From: Eledone cirrhosa
Taxonomy: Eukaryota
DNA length: 64,000 nt
Direction: 5' to 3'
NCBI GenBank assembly: GCA_964016885.1
Contig: OZ024751.1
Location: 41,106,001 to 41,170,000, forward strand
Position numbers and translations under genes: made by a program. Shown here piece by piece: positions 1-12,899 of the stretch; within the stretch, counting starts at the first letter, position 1; each line of letters starts with the position of its first letter. The notes under the pieces are model-generated. The model made no database searches and had not been told where the DNA came from. It worked only from the letters and a program-made list of their open reading frames with translations.

Positions 1-900
1 TTCTCATGCAAATGTAAACTTATTGTCAAAGAAAACACACATACACACACATCAGCAGAAATTATTCTCTTTGGATTCTTATCTTGTAGTCTATAAATAT
101 GATCTCATTTGAGAGAAACCCTTTCATTAAAATATTTGGGAAAGATTTATTTGTGAATTATAAACATGTAGTGGACAAAACAGACTATGTGTGAAATGAA
201 GTATGTCTGTAGTTGTAATCAACAGACTGGAGGAAAAAACTATCATTATGAAATATGTTGGAAATCATTCTCTGAGTTCTAGTCATGTAATCCACAAATA
301 CACCCTGGAGAAAGTTCTATAAATATTTCCATGGTAATTGTTCTGAAGAGCTTTCCTTTTTGTTGCCTTAGCTTCACAAGATTTGCAGCTACTTATTGTC
401 CCTTTACAGTCAAAGTTCCTAAATGTAATCACAAATTCTATTCTAATAATTTCTTCCCTCACACAACTCACCAATGGAATTCTCTTCTAGCTTCTTCCTT
501 TCCTGACCCACTACAATTTGGAAAAATTAAAAAGCAACATCAATCACCGTCTTCTCTCTCCTTGTATAATGTTCTGCCTGTCAAGTCCTTTTCTCTTCTC
601 AGTAAACCCTTACATTTTAGTGGCTTTATTGCCTTTCTTGGAGTGAGTAAATAAAAAAAAAAAAAGTAAATAGATCTATTCATTAAAGTTTCTTTCAGAT
701 ACACATCTCATTAATCATGACTGGAATACAGACATAGAAACCTTATGGAAGTGAAATACATGGACATTTACTCTCATTCAAAAGATAATATAACCAAATA
801 TATACAAGAAGAAATAACAAAATTTGTTCAAAAACATTTTTTATAAATAGAAAAAGAATTTGTCTAAAATCTTATTTGCGACAAAATATTTACATTTTAC
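1..900 (+). other. 3' UTR-like tail of an upstream (off-window) C2H2 ZNF gene, made of decayed finger repeats
   Basis: Broken GAGAAACC/TGTGAAATATGT finger motifs, colinear with the ZNF7 tail at 30600-31100 (e.g. gaaatatgttggaaatcattctctga, cagatacacatctcattaatcatgactggaa). Confidence 0.7.
340..665 (+). mobile_element. 5'-truncated LINE 3' end (CR1/L2/Jockey-like ORF2 C-terminus) with poly(A) tail
   Basis: Translates to PFTVKVPKCNHKFYSNNFFPHTTHQWNSL (FFP..T...WNSL ORF2 tail motif), ends in AATAAA plus an A-run, and interrupts the decayed finger tail. Confidence 0.6.
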
Positions 901-2060
901 TGGGGCACTGCCTTGTTCAACAGATGAAACCAATTTCAACAATATCCACCAACTACTCATTCACTAAGGTATTACAGTCTCTCATGTAAATTAAAATATA
1001 ATTTTATAAAAACCTAATAACTACTATATTTGTTGGTTGTTATTTTCTGAACAGTCAAAATAATGTTTAAGAATTGATTCAATGCTAAAAACACTTTAAC
1101 AAAATATTGTTTAATAAAATTGTCTATACAGAATTTACAGAAACCTAAAGATAGTGATTCCTACATCTTGATATACCTAATGTAGTTAGAATATTCCAGT
1201 AACTTTAATGTCAGTGGTTATATTGCTACCTTGATGAGATAGAAGTCTACAGGTAGGTGGGTGGGTGGTTGGATCTTTTGCTAGTTTTATGATGACACGT
1301 TTAAATAGTGGTTGCCTAGTAACAAGTTTTGTATCTGTTGCTACTATTCAAGTACCTTTACTGGTTATTTTGAATAACTATTACCAGAACTGCAATACCA
1401 CAGGCAAAGATTTGTTTGAAGAAAATATCATCATCGTTGTTTTCATGTCCATTTTCCCTGCTAAGCAAGGGTTGGACGGGTCTGCATAGACCAAGGTAGT
1501 ATTGAAGTAGTGGCTACTGATCTCCCAGACAAGCCAGGGATCTGTCATGTCACTTATGTACAGTCTCACATTATCAATCCCTAGTTATCCCAAGCTATAA
1601 CAGTCATAGATGAAAGAAGTAATGTTCCATAATTGTTTGTTTTGTCATGGATTATTTCAGTTCTGGAACATTAAATGTGATGCAATTTGTCAGAAATGTT
1701 GAGATTAGATTGAAAATCTTTGTAAGAACAATGGTACAGTTGTATTTTATTTACAAAAGTCACTGTAACCTTCAACTAAGGTACAGGTCTTACTGTTCTT
1801 TATAAACATTCTTCGTAAGCTAGTTTACACTGAAATTATTCTTCTACAATTTTATATGTAGAACATCTAACAAGGTAGAGCTGCGACTTCTCCGAATTGA
1901 GCAATCACAGCTCCGATATTATGGGCATGTGGTTACAGTGTTTCAAGAAAGAATTGCTGGACAGACTTTACAGGTAAAAATCAACCAGCAGGAGACCCAG
2001 AACAAGATGGTTAGATAACATCCATGAGCTCAGCTGGACAATGTTTTCCATTACACTTAA

Positions 2061-2262
2061 CCCTTTTGCATTTAAACCAACCGCATCCAGCCAGAACTCA
2101 TCTCTTCCCATTCAAACTGGCTGTAACTCGCCGCTCATACCTACGTTAAGGTATTGTTCTCAAAATAAATAACAACAAAATCTCAGAGTCGATATTATGC
2201 AAGATAAAGTCTTTATTGTGAAAATACAATAGTAAATATAAAATAATGTAAATGCCGAAGGG
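2061..2262. mobile_element. piggyBac-type MITE copy
   Basis: ttaa|CCCTTTTGCATTTA...AATGCCGAAGGG; same family as 12695-12899 and 44915-45098. Confidence 0.65.
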
Positions 2263-2770
2263 CTAAACTACATATTTCTGATCTAAACTCCTCTTTTCAC
2301 CAAACTAATGTTGACAGCTGCATCGTTCTCATTTAACATCCATTTTTCCTTGCTGGCATGGGCTGGACGGGTTTTTTACAGTGTACTGGGTGTATTTATT
2401 CTGTAGATCACCAGCACTAGGGAGGTTGTCATGTCTTTGACACAGCTGAAGAGTCTTCCCGACCCTTTGTTTGGTAGGATTTCTATGGTTGAATGCCCTT
2501 CCTATCACCAACCACTAAGAAGGTTGCCTTGTCTTTGACGCAAGAGTCCATATTATAGACAAAAGAAAAGAAAAAAAAATCAGTATCTTTTCTCCCTTCT
2601 GAAAATTAATGATTTGACAGCAATATTGTAACTTTTATGAATAAGTACATACATGATTAGTAAAGTAAGTGTACTGACAGAATGATTTAATAAAGATAAC
2701 ATAGCAATATGGTTTCCTTCATCTATGAATATATTTATCACTAGCATAAGAGAATGAGTTACCACAGATA

Positions 2771-3805
2771 TCACAGTGATAATGCTTCTCCTGTACGAGT
2801 ACACATATTGGTAGTTAAATTACCACTAATATAGAACGGTTTACCAGACATATCACACTGATATGGCTTCTCTCCCGCATGAATACGTTTGTGAACAATT
2901 AAACCACTTGAAACAGAGAAAGATTTACTACATATATCACAGTGATATGGTTTCTCTCCTGTATGAGTACGTTTGTGATTAGTTAAGATACTTTGTGCAG
3001 AGAATGATTTACCACAGATATTACACTGATATGGTTTCTCCCCTGTATGAATATGTTTGTGAACAGTTAAGCTGCTTGGCCCAGAAAAAGATTTACCACA
3101 CATATCACACTGATATGGTTTCTCTCCTGTATGAATATGTTTGTGAACAGTTAAGCTGCTTGGTCCAGAAAAAGATTTACCACACATATCACACTGATAT
3201 GGTTTCTCTCCTGTATGAATATGTTTGTGAACAGTTAAGCTACTTGGACCAGAGAAAGATTTACCACAGATATCACAGTGATATGGTTTTTCTCCTGTAT
3301 GAATACGTTTGTGATTAGTTAAGATACCTTGTGCAGAGAATGATTTACCACAGATATCACAGTGATATGGTTTCTCTCCTGTATGAATATGTTTATGAAC
3401 AGTTAAGCTACTTGGCCCAGTGAAAGATTTACCACAGACATCACAGTGATATGGTTTCACTCCTGTATGAATATGTTTGTGAATAGTTAAGCCACCTTGT
3501 GCAGAGAATGATTTACCACAGACGTCACAGTGAAATGGTTTTTCTCCTGTATGAATACGTTTGTGATTAGTTAAGCCACCTTGTGCAGAGAATGATTTAC
3601 CACAGATATCACAGTGATGTGGTTTCTCTCCTGTATGAATACGTTTGTGAACAGTTAAGCCACCTTGTGCAGAGAATGATTTACCACAGATATCACAGTG
3701 GTATAATGTTTTTCCAATGTCTTCCATTATCTCAATGGGATAATCAATTTGTTTAGATTGTAGCTCATGTTTAAGTTGGTAATCACATAATTCTTTTTCC
3801 ATCAT
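2771..3805 (-). CDS. C2H2 zinc-finger protein ZNF1, 344 aa, 10 intact fingers plus 1 degenerate
   Basis: Tandem C-x2-C-x12-H-x3-H with TGEKP linkers and no KRAB/BTB/SCAN. Probable splice acceptor (tttcag) at about 4117. Confidence 0.95.
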   Translation of the reverse strand: MMEKELCDYQLKHELQSKQIDYPIEIMEDIGKTLYHCDICGKSFSAQGGLTVHKRIHTGEKPHHCDICGKSFSAQGGLTNHKRIHTGEKPFHCDVCGKSFSAQGGLTIHKHIHTGVKPYHCDVCGKSFTGPSSLTVHKHIHTGEKPYHCDICGKSFSAQGILTNHKRIHTGEKPYHCDICGKSFSGPSSLTVHKHIHTGEKPYQCDMCGKSFSGPSSLTVHKHIHTGEKPYQCDMCGKSFSGPSSLTVHKHIHTGEKPYQCNICGKSFSAQSILTNHKRTHTGEKPYHCDICSKSFSVSSGLIVHKRIHAGEKPYQCDMSGKPFYISGNLTTNMCTRTGEALSL

Positions 3806-4261
3806 GTTCCTTTTCTCACAAGAATATACAAATATTTTTCTTTTTTTACAGTTTATTCAACAATATTTCTACTGCTATATTTCCATCAACTATAACCTTT
3901 GTTGATCTCTCAAGTTACTGGAATATTTTTTGTAAATTTTTCATAAATAAAATGCAAAACAATCTTTTACACAGATAAATAGTTGACAATAATTCTACCA
4001 TACATTTATATCAACAAGGTTACATCTGTTTTGTGTAACATCTTCGCTCGGTTTTAAATATAAATGCTGACGTATCTGAAGTTAAAAACCCTTTCCTGCC
4101 AATATCATCTGACAATCTGAAATAATAAAGAAACAGTATAAAATACAAAGGGCACTTAAAATGTTGAGATTCAACAGTAGAAATTTTACTAGATTTCAAT
4201 ATTGATAAACTGTATATATCACAACTAATGGATTAAGTTATATGAGATGTAGTTACACATT

Positions 4262-5160
4262 ATACCAGGTCTGGGTACAACCAATGCTCTCTTTCTGGTG
4301 AGACAACTGCAGAAGTAATTAGCTATGAGTAAGGCACTGTACATGGTATTTGTAGAAGGCCTTGACAGAGTCTCACACTCTGTAATCTGGTGGGCACTAA
4401 AGAAGCTAGGTGTAGACAAATGGTTTGTGAGGGTCATGTAAGCCATGTATAAAGGTGCAACCAGCAAGCTGAGAGTTTGCATTGAGTACAGTAATGAATA
4501 TAAAATGCAGGTGGGGGTTTGACATGGTTCAGGCCTCAGTCCATTTCTGTTAATCATTGTCCTTCAGGCAACCACTGAGGAGTTTAAAACTCACTCTACG
4601 AGAACTCCCGTATGCTGACGACCTAGTCATAGCTAAATCCGTGGGAGAGTTAGAAGCAAAATTCCAAGAATGGGAGCAAAACCTTGAGTAGAAAAGCCTA
4701 AAAGTTAACTTAGCAAAGACAAAAGTCTTAAGTAAGAAAGAAAATAGGAGGTTGAAACCATCTGGAAAATGGCTTTGTTAAATATGTGAGGAGAAATCTA
4801 TGAACAAAGAGATGTAATAGGATTGCAAGTAGGTTAACGGAAAGTGTAGACTTTGTATGTGGCATTGCACAGGAGAAGCAAGCACTAAAAGCACGTGGGA
4901 AATAACCTCAATTACCAGGGAGGTTCTTTAGTTGTTGAGTTTTCGTTACCTAGGTGACCTAACCAACAATGGGAGGTGGGGGTTGCTCTGAAAGTGCGAT
5001 AGCCAGAGTAAGAACATGTTGGGAGTTTACGGAGCTGGTACCTCTACTAACAACAAAGGGTTTCTCTCTCAGAATGAAGGGTAGACTGTATGATGCTTTC
5101 AGGCAAACTGCAATGCCACATGGGTCTTGAGCTAGACAGAAATGAAGCAAATATGCTCCT
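4262..5160 (+). mobile_element. Degenerate RTE-clade LINE reverse transcriptase fragment
   Basis: Frameshifted motifs PG.GTTNALFLVRQLQ, LYMVFV..AxDRV, GSGLSPFLLIIVL and YADDLV. Confidence 0.8.
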
Positions 5161-5773
5161 GTGGTCTTTTCACCCCCTTTCACAAATACTTTTTCTACAA
5201 ATCTAGTCGCTTCTGACTGATTTGGAAGTCATATGCGTTGATGACACGCGGGAAAAAAATGCAGAAAAAACTCCTACCATGCAACAGGTTGTGCTGGGTT
5301 ACATGTTAGCAGTAACACTCGGGAACGACCTGTCACATAAACACATATAATTAATAATTAATTATATGTATGTACTTCTATTTAATCTTATATAGTTATA
5401 TGATAATAAATGTTGTATCAACTTACCGTGGTTGTGGTTCAAAAGTCAGCAGTGAATGAAACTGTGTTGAGTGTAATTTTTTTTAGAAAACTGTGGAAAA
5501 GAGGAACTTTGTTGATGTTAGAATGTAGTTTAGAATTTTCAAGTTTTTTTCTCAAGCGACGAAGTTCACATTATGGCTTTAAGCCGGACTTTCAATAAGT
5601 TATGTCTGTGAGAATATATATATATAATCGTTTCTCTCACTATCTAACGTATTAGTGTGACTCTACTTTCCTTTTTGGTTGCTATCCTAATGATGCTGGC
5701 TTAAGAAAAGCCTTGAATGAGTGAGTAAGAAAACGGTCGAAGATATATCGGTCCTTCCGATGATTTCGAATTA

Positions 5774-5805
<32 letters not shown>

Positions 5806-7106
5806 CGTAGTGAAAAACAGAGGTTATATCCGTAGTAAGTAGAGCACTTAGTCCAGTAGACGAATTCGGTATAGAGTTAGTTCCACATAAATTAGCAAAC
5901 CATACTCGAGGACGCGCGTTTCACCTAGCAGACTTTCAACCCGTTATATACAAATATACGATACTATCACAAATAGATATTTAGATAACACGTGCGTAAG
6001 CCGAGCGGGAAGAGCAGAAATATATTTACAGTCCAGGGGAGATAACAATGTCTTTTTTTTAAACGTGTATAAGAGTCTGTATTATGAATATAGAAGTAAT
6101 ATCAGGAATGTTTCTACATCAGGATGGTTTCTACATTTGGCACGAGGCCAGCAATTACCAGTGCATTACTGGTACTTTATTTTATCAAGAATAATAATAA
6201 TAGTTATTATTATCATTGAGTTCAAATCCCGCAGAGGTTAGCTTTGCCTTTCATCCTTATGAGATCGATAAAATAAAGTACCCTGGGACGATTTAATCGA
6301 GTTTCCTCTCCCCTTCAAATTGCTGGCCTTGTGCCTAAAGTAGAAACAATTATTATTATTATTATTATTATCACAAAAGAGGTTTGCTTTGCCATTCATC
6401 CTTACGGGGTCGATACAATAACGGACCAGTAATGCACTGGGATAATTGCTGGCCTTGTGCCAAAAGTAGAAACAATTATTATAATTATGTTCTGATTTCC
6501 GAGGTTACGTGCATTTCGCAGAGGATTGGTTCAAGGTTACCCATTAGAAGTTATGGACCCGACTCCATTATCGATCTGCTCATCAGACTAATATTTTTTT
6601 GTCGAATAACCAGTCTGGTGAGCAGATCGAACAACTGGAACACTCATTGTCGAAACTATCTTTTTAAAAATATTAGGGTGTTATTTTAGGGAGATTGGAC
6701 AGTTGAATAATGAAAAGTGTTTCAGCTGTGACTATTCCTTCCTGTGGTTATATTTTAGGGAGGTTGGGCAGTTACAGCGAAAGCTCATTCATGAACCTAT
6801 TATTTACTGCGATGTATGTATACATATATGTTTCTGAATGTATTAAATTATATTAGGGACTTTTAACTAATGTCACCGGCATTATTCAAGGAAAGCAATC
6901 GATGTGGACAACACCGCGCACTTAGTACCTTTCTATATTCGTTTAATTGAATTATTTCATTTGTAGTGTTTATCCCATTTTTTATGTGATTTTCAATGTT
7001 GCGGGATAGGTGTTCTATCACCTGTATGATTAAATATTTATTTTTATCACAAATAATACACATATAACGGATTATAATCACAGATATTTCACACTGTCTA
7101 AATGCT

Positions 7107-8027
7107 ATGGATGACGTTAATCACTTGGACACTGCTAACTCAGCTGTTTTAAACAATATAGACACAGTTACACAGACATACAGTGGTGAGAAACCTTTAC
7201 TTAATGAAACAATTACTCAACAAACACCATTACACGAACAGAAAAAAATACGCACTAAAGAAAAACTCTTCCACTGTGATATTTGTGGGAAAGATTTTGT
7301 TTCTAATAGTAAATTGACAAGACACAGAAGAATACACACCGGAGAAAAACCCTTTTGCTGTGAAATATGTGGAAAGGCGTTTGTTGATAATGCATATTTA
7401 AACAGACATACAAAAATACACACTCGAGAAAAACTTTATCACTGTGAAATATGTGGAAAATCTTTTGTTTACAATAGTGACTTAAACCAACACAAACGTT
7501 GTCACACTGGAGAAAAACCGTTTCAATGTGAAATATGTCGGAAATCTTTCCTCAAGAAGAGCAATTTTATTATGCACAAAAGAATACACACTGGGGAAAA
7601 ATTGTTCAACTGTGAAATATGTGGGAAATGTTTCACTGAAAATTCTAAGCTCACAATCCACATACGTTGTCACACTGGAGAAAAACCCTATCACTGTGAA
7701 ATATGTGGGAAATCTTTCTCGGTTAATTCTCATCTTGTAGTTCACAGGAAAATACACACAGGAGAAAAACCCTTTCATTGTGAAATATGTGAGAAAGCTT
7801 TTATCACTAACACTGACTTAACAAAACACAAAAGAATACACACTGGTGAGAAACGATATCTTTGTGAAGTATGTGGGAAATCTTTTTCAGATAATTCTAG
7901 TCTTGTAGTTCACAAACGCGGTCACACTGGAGAAAAACCGTATCATTGTAAAATATGTGGTAAATATTTTGTCTCTAACAGTAAATTAACAAGACATAAA
8001 AGAATACATACGAGAGGCAAAGACTAA
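7107..8027 (+). CDS. C2H2 zinc-finger protein ZNF2, 306 aa, 9 fingers
   Basis: ORF with HTGEKP-linked fingers and the shared MDDVNHLDT...TYSGEKP leader. Confidence 0.95.
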   Translation: MDDVNHLDTANSAVLNNIDTVTQTYSGEKPLLNETITQQTPLHEQKKIRTKEKLFHCDICGKDFVSNSKLTRHRRIHTGEKPFCCEICGKAFVDNAYLNRHTKIHTREKLYHCEICGKSFVYNSDLNQHKRCHTGEKPFQCEICRKSFLKKSNFIMHKRIHTGEKLFNCEICGKCFTENSKLTIHIRCHTGEKPYHCEICGKSFSVNSHLVVHRKIHTGEKPFHCEICEKAFITNTDLTKHKRIHTGEKRYLCEVCGKSFSDNSSLVVHKRGHTGEKPYHCKICGKYFVSNSKLTRHKRIHTRGKD

Positions 8028-8389
8028 CTGAAATATGTGGGAAATCATTTATCACTAATATTCTCTCCATGTTTATGGCAGACATAACCATGTAATATTA
8101 GCTAAGATAATGGAAAATGTATCTTCAAGAGTGGTGTGGTAAATAAATATATACTTATACACCAGGTCCGAGCACAAAGGAACCAACTCCCACTGTCACC
8201 GTCTCTCGCTCTTCCCCAAAACAGATACACACCATGTTATGTGAGAGTGAGATATTAAATTAAAATCTTGTAACAATATTTGTTGGTTGTTATTTTCTGA
8301 AGTCAAAATTTCTGAACTAAAAACATTTATATAACAAAATATTGTTTAATAAAATTGTCTCTATACATAACTTAGAAAAACCTAAAGAT

Positions 8390-8723
8390 GGAGGGACATG
8401 GCTTAGTGGTTAGAGCATTGGCCTTGCAATCGAAAGGTTGTGAGTTCAATTCTCAGACCGGGTGATGTGTTGTTTCCTTGAGCAAGACACTTTATTTCAC
8501 ATTGCTCCAGTTTACTCAGCTGTAGAAATGAGATGATAGGACTCGGGTCCATATCATTCCACTGCAAAGTGGTCGTGGAGGTGCCACGGCAAAAGAGCAC
8601 CCAGCACTCACTGTAAATGAGGTTGGTGTTAGGAAGGGTATCCAGCTGTAGAAATCAAGCCAGAATCAGTTCCCGTCCCACCCTTGCAAGCAGGGAAAAA
8701 GCGGACGTAAAATGAAATGATGA
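8390..8723 (+). mobile_element. tRNA-derived SINE, family A (RTE-like 3' tail)
   Basis: A box TGGCTTAGTGG and B box GAGTTCAATTC, central TCCTTGAGCAAGACACTT, tail gcaagcagggaaaaagcggacgtaaaatgaaatgatga; at least 5 near-identical copies in the window. Confidence 0.85.
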
Positions 8724-9164
8724 AATAGTTTATCAGAAATACAGGCATATATACTTGACAGATATGGAAAGTTGTTCAATAAAATGTACAGAAAAAGAAT
8801 ACAGTATTGGAAAGGACTATAAATGAGAGGGAAAGAGTAACAACTATTTGGCAATGGAAGATAGAAAGGAGAGAGGGGAGAGAATGATAAACTTTACACC
8901 TAAGTCAGAATAGTGTTTCAGTTGCACCATGTGGACAAAATTACAAAGGCATTTCCAAAGACAGCCACCCCATCAGACGTGTTGCTGTCATTCAAAATTT
9001 ACGGAGGGGGTAAGCTGTACAGGGTTCGGGGACGCCTGAAGTCTCATGAGATATTGTCTAGGTGAAGCAATCCAGAGTGACCTGAACTTAAAATCTAAGA
9101 TCATATTAATTAGCAGTCACACTAACACAGCATGATTCATAATAGAAATCTATATGAAAATACA

Positions 9165-9457
9165 CATATATATAATATACTTATGTATATATATATATAT
9201 AATATGCTTATGTATATATATAATATGCTCATGTATATATATATATATAATATGCTTATGTATATATATACAATATACAATATGTATATATACACAATAT
9301 GCTTATGTATATATATATATATATACAATATGCTTATGTATATATATATATATATATATATATACAATATGCTTATGTATATATATATATACAATATGCT
9401 TATGTATATATACACAATATGCTTATCTATATATATATACAATATGCTTATATATAT
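9165..9457. repeat. Compound AATATGCTTATG-(TA)n minisatellite
   Basis: Visible repeat; explains the spurious YI-rich ORFs. Confidence 0.9.
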
Positions 9458-9645
9458 AATTGTTTCTACTTTTTGGCACAAGGCCGCAAATACCCAGTGC
9501 ATTACTGGTACTTTATTTTATCGACCCCGTAAGGATGAAAGGCAAAGTTAACCTTGGCGGGATTTGAACTCAGAATGGCAAGGGCCGTAACTCTATGCTT
9601 CAAAGCATGGCATCTGACCCTCTACCGATACTGCCAATCCAGCGC
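9458..9645 (-). mobile_element. tRNA-derived SINE, family B (octopus OK/OR-like)
   Basis: Reverse complement of the 46400-46590 element (GAGTTCAAATCCC...TTTGCCTTTCATCC...GATAAAATAAAGTACCAG). Confidence 0.8.
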
Positions 9646-10040
9646 CTATATGCTTATATATAATGATTACTAATTTTGGCACAATGCCACAATTTGTGTG
9701 TGTGTGTGGGGAGGGCAGTTGATTAAATCAACCCCAGTATTTAACTGGTACTTTATCGACCTCGGAAGGATGAAAGGTAAGGTTGATCTCGATGGGACTT
9801 GAACATGAAATGTAAAGAACCAACCAAATGCCAGAATAGCATTTTATCCGACACCCTACCATTCTGCCAATCCACCACCCTAATATGCTTATGTCTATGT
9901 ATAGTAAATATGCATACATACGTCTCACTATGGGTGTTTTAATCTATGTTCATGTTAGGGCTCTCTCCATCTCCTCACACAGCAACTGATGTAGATGTGC
10001 TATGATCACAGCTTAAATCACCCATAGTGAGAAATATGTA

Positions 10041-10365
10041 CGAGGGTCAGTTGAAATGTTCATAGGCTGACCAAGATACTCTCATGGAATGACCAAATGA
10101 GGTTTATTTTTCAACATAGTCTCTGGAAAGAAACAATGCAGTTATTAATAAGAAGAGTTGCGATTAAGGCATGCAAGATTTCACAGCTCTGGCATCACTT
10201 CTTCATAGGCTGACCAAGATACTCTCTTGGAATGACCAAATGAAGTTTATTTTTCAACATAGTCCCTGGAAAGAAACAATGCAGTTATTAATAAGAAGAG
10301 TTGGAATTAATGTATGCAAGATTTCACAGCTTTACCATCACTCCTTTGTAGTCAGCCAACCCTCG
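10041..10365. mobile_element. Tc1/mariner-type MITE with internal tandem duplication
   Basis: ta|CGAGGG...CCCTCG|ta termini; relatives at 23270-23445, about 50730-50927 and about 62522-62710. Confidence 0.7.
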
Positions 10366-11428
10366 TATATATATTATACATTAACACCTTTATTTGCCTT
10401 CATATATTCTTCTATTAAGACTATATTTGATCACTTGCAAAGCGTAGACATGGTTATCAACTGAGAAAAGGGTAGTTTACTTACTATATTCTATCTCAAC
10501 AGAAGGTATGGCTTATCTCGTTTTGTTTTGTTGCTGTTTTTTTTTATATAATGAAGTATAAGTAAATACAGTGAAAATGTTTAGTCCAAGGTAAACATGC
10601 TCGAGCAGCTCTGATGAAGTGTTTTGAATATCATAATTCTCTGACTAAACTATTAAATCGATCGTTCCTTTCTTTTTAAAGATAATAGTTAAAAAAGGCC
10701 ATTCGTGTACGTATTATTTACTTCAATATATATATATATAAAAGAGAGATAAACACAGATATATACATATATGTGTTCAAATCGTTCAACCGTAATGGCC
10801 CCTCACGATTTGTATATATCTGTGTTTATCTCTCTTTTATATTCAATTATATTACACGGCCCGGAAAAATCTCTTTCCTTGAGCTATTTAATTGTAAAAG
10901 ACTATTTTGAATTTCTCTCTCTCTCTATATATATATATATAAGAAAAATGGGGTGCTGCGTGGTTGCACATGGGTTACATATGAATAAAATTAGTCCTTC
11001 ATCGGTGATCTTCCAACTTTCATTGGTATTTCATCGCTTTAAAAATCATATACCTCTGGTTGGTGCGAGCAATAACTAAATAAAGTTATTGGGACAAGTA
11101 AAATAGGGTCAAACGAGCGAGACATCTAAACAAACAACAATATTTCTGAATGTATAAAATTGTGTGAGGGACTTTTAACTAATATCACCGGCATTCTTCA
11201 GGGGGAGTAATGATTGTAGACGACACCGCGTACTTAGTATCTGTCATTTAATATAATTATGTCATTTGTAGTGATTATCTCATTTATTTGTGATATTTAA
11301 TGTTTCTGGGTAATATAAGTTGACCTACATGTTACAGGATAGGTGTTTCCTCATCTGATTCAATATTTATTTTCATCACAAATAATACACGTATAACAGT
11401 TTATAATCTCAGATATTTCTCATTGACT

Positions 11429-12430
11429 ATGGAGGGCGTTAATCACTTGGACACTTCTAACACAACTGTTTTAAACAATATAGACACAGTTACACAGACA
11501 TACAGTGGTGAGAAACCTTTACCTAGTGAAACATTTACCAAACAAACATCATTACACGAAAATATTCCTGAATATCGCTGTGAGATTTGTAGGAAAACCT
11601 TTTCGTCGGAACACGAAGTTTTCACACACAAAGAAATACACAACAGAGAAAAACCGTTTCGCTGTCAAATATGCGGAAAATCTTTCATTACTAACAGTAA
11701 ATTGACAAGGCATAAAATAATACATACCGGAGAGAAGCCATATCATTGTGAAATATGTGGAAAATGTTTTGTATATAACAGTGATTTAAACAAACACAAA
11801 CGTAATCATACTGGAGAAAAACCCTTTTGTTGTGAAATATGTGGGAAATCATTTATCACTAATAGTGACTTAACAAAGCACAGTAGAATACATTCTGGTG
11901 AAAAACCCTTCCGTTGTGAAATATGTGGAAAATCTTTTATTGATAATGGAGTTTTAAACAGACACAAACGAATACACACTGGAGAAAAACCTTATCATTG
12001 TGAAATATGTGGGAAATGTTTTGTTTATAATAGCGATTTAAACCAACACAAACGTAGCCACTCTGGAGTGAAACCGTTTCAGTGTGAAATATGTGGGAAA
12101 TCATTTCTCACTAATAGTGACTTAACAAAACATAGAAGAATACACACTGGTGAAAAACCCTTTCGTTGCGAAATCTGTGCCAAATGTTTCAGTGAAAATT
12201 CTAAGCTTACAATCCACATACGTTGCCACACTGGAGAGAAACCCTATCACTGTGATATATGTGGGAAATCATTCTCAGTTAATTCTCATCTTGTAGTTCA
12301 CAGGAAAATACACACAGGAGAGAAACCTTTCCATTGTGATATTTGTGGTAAATCATTTATTACTAAAAGTCATTTAAAAACACACACACAAATACATACT
12401 GGGTGGAAACCTTTGAAATGTGAAGCATGA
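11429..12430 (+). CDS. C2H2 zinc-finger protein ZNF3, 333 aa from first ATG, 10 fingers
   Basis: The ATG at 11429 aligns with the paralogue starts; the ORF-track start at 11423 is TTG. Confidence 0.95.
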   Translation: MEGVNHLDTSNTTVLNNIDTVTQTYSGEKPLPSETFTKQTSLHENIPEYRCEICRKTFSSEHEVFTHKEIHNREKPFRCQICGKSFITNSKLTRHKIIHTGEKPYHCEICGKCFVYNSDLNKHKRNHTGEKPFCCEICGKSFITNSDLTKHSRIHSGEKPFRCEICGKSFIDNGVLNRHKRIHTGEKPYHCEICGKCFVYNSDLNQHKRSHSGVKPFQCEICGKSFLTNSDLTKHRRIHTGEKPFRCEICAKCFSENSKLTIHIRCHTGEKPYHCDICGKSFSVNSHLVVHRKIHTGEKPFHCDICGKSFITKSHLKTHTQIHTGWKPLKCEA

Positions 12431-12694
12431 GAAACTTTTCTCTTAAATATCAAAACCTATTTTCAATCAACAACATTGGAGAACATTTACCATGGTGAAG
12501 TATATAAGAAAGCATTGTATTTCAATTGCCATGTAGTCTACAAATATGTTTTTATATGAGAAAAATCTTTTCATTGATATATTTGTAAAATCATTATTTG
12601 CAAATTAAAAACTAGTAGTTGATGAATGAACAACACTGGACCAAAAACTATATCAATGTGAAATCATACAATGTGAACTAAGTCTACACTTTAA

Positions 12695-12899
12695 CCCTTT
12701 AGCATTTAAATTGGCCTTATCCCGCCAGAATTTTATCACCTCTTTCTATGCAAACTGGCCATAACCAGCTGCTCACACTTATGTTAAGGTATTGTTCTCA
12801 AAATAAATATCAAAATCTCATTGATTTGGTATTATGTGAAATATAGCCTTTACCATGAAAATACAATAGTATATATAGTGTAATGTAAATGCTAAAGGG
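12695..12899. mobile_element. piggyBac-type MITE
   Basis: TTAA target duplication on both sides; TIR CCCTTTAGCATTTA / TAAATGCTAAAGGG. Confidence 0.8.

Noticed and set aside
2995-3318. Antisense and off-frame ORFs over the ZNF genes
   Set aside because: Shadows of the 84-bp finger periodicity.
8390-8465. tRNA gene (GCA anticodon-like loop)
   Set aside because: No proper acceptor stem, and it continues into a multi-copy SINE body.
10600-10660. CTGATGA as a hammerhead core (also 41208-41214 on +)
   Set aside because: No stem II, GAAA and cleavage arm downstream.
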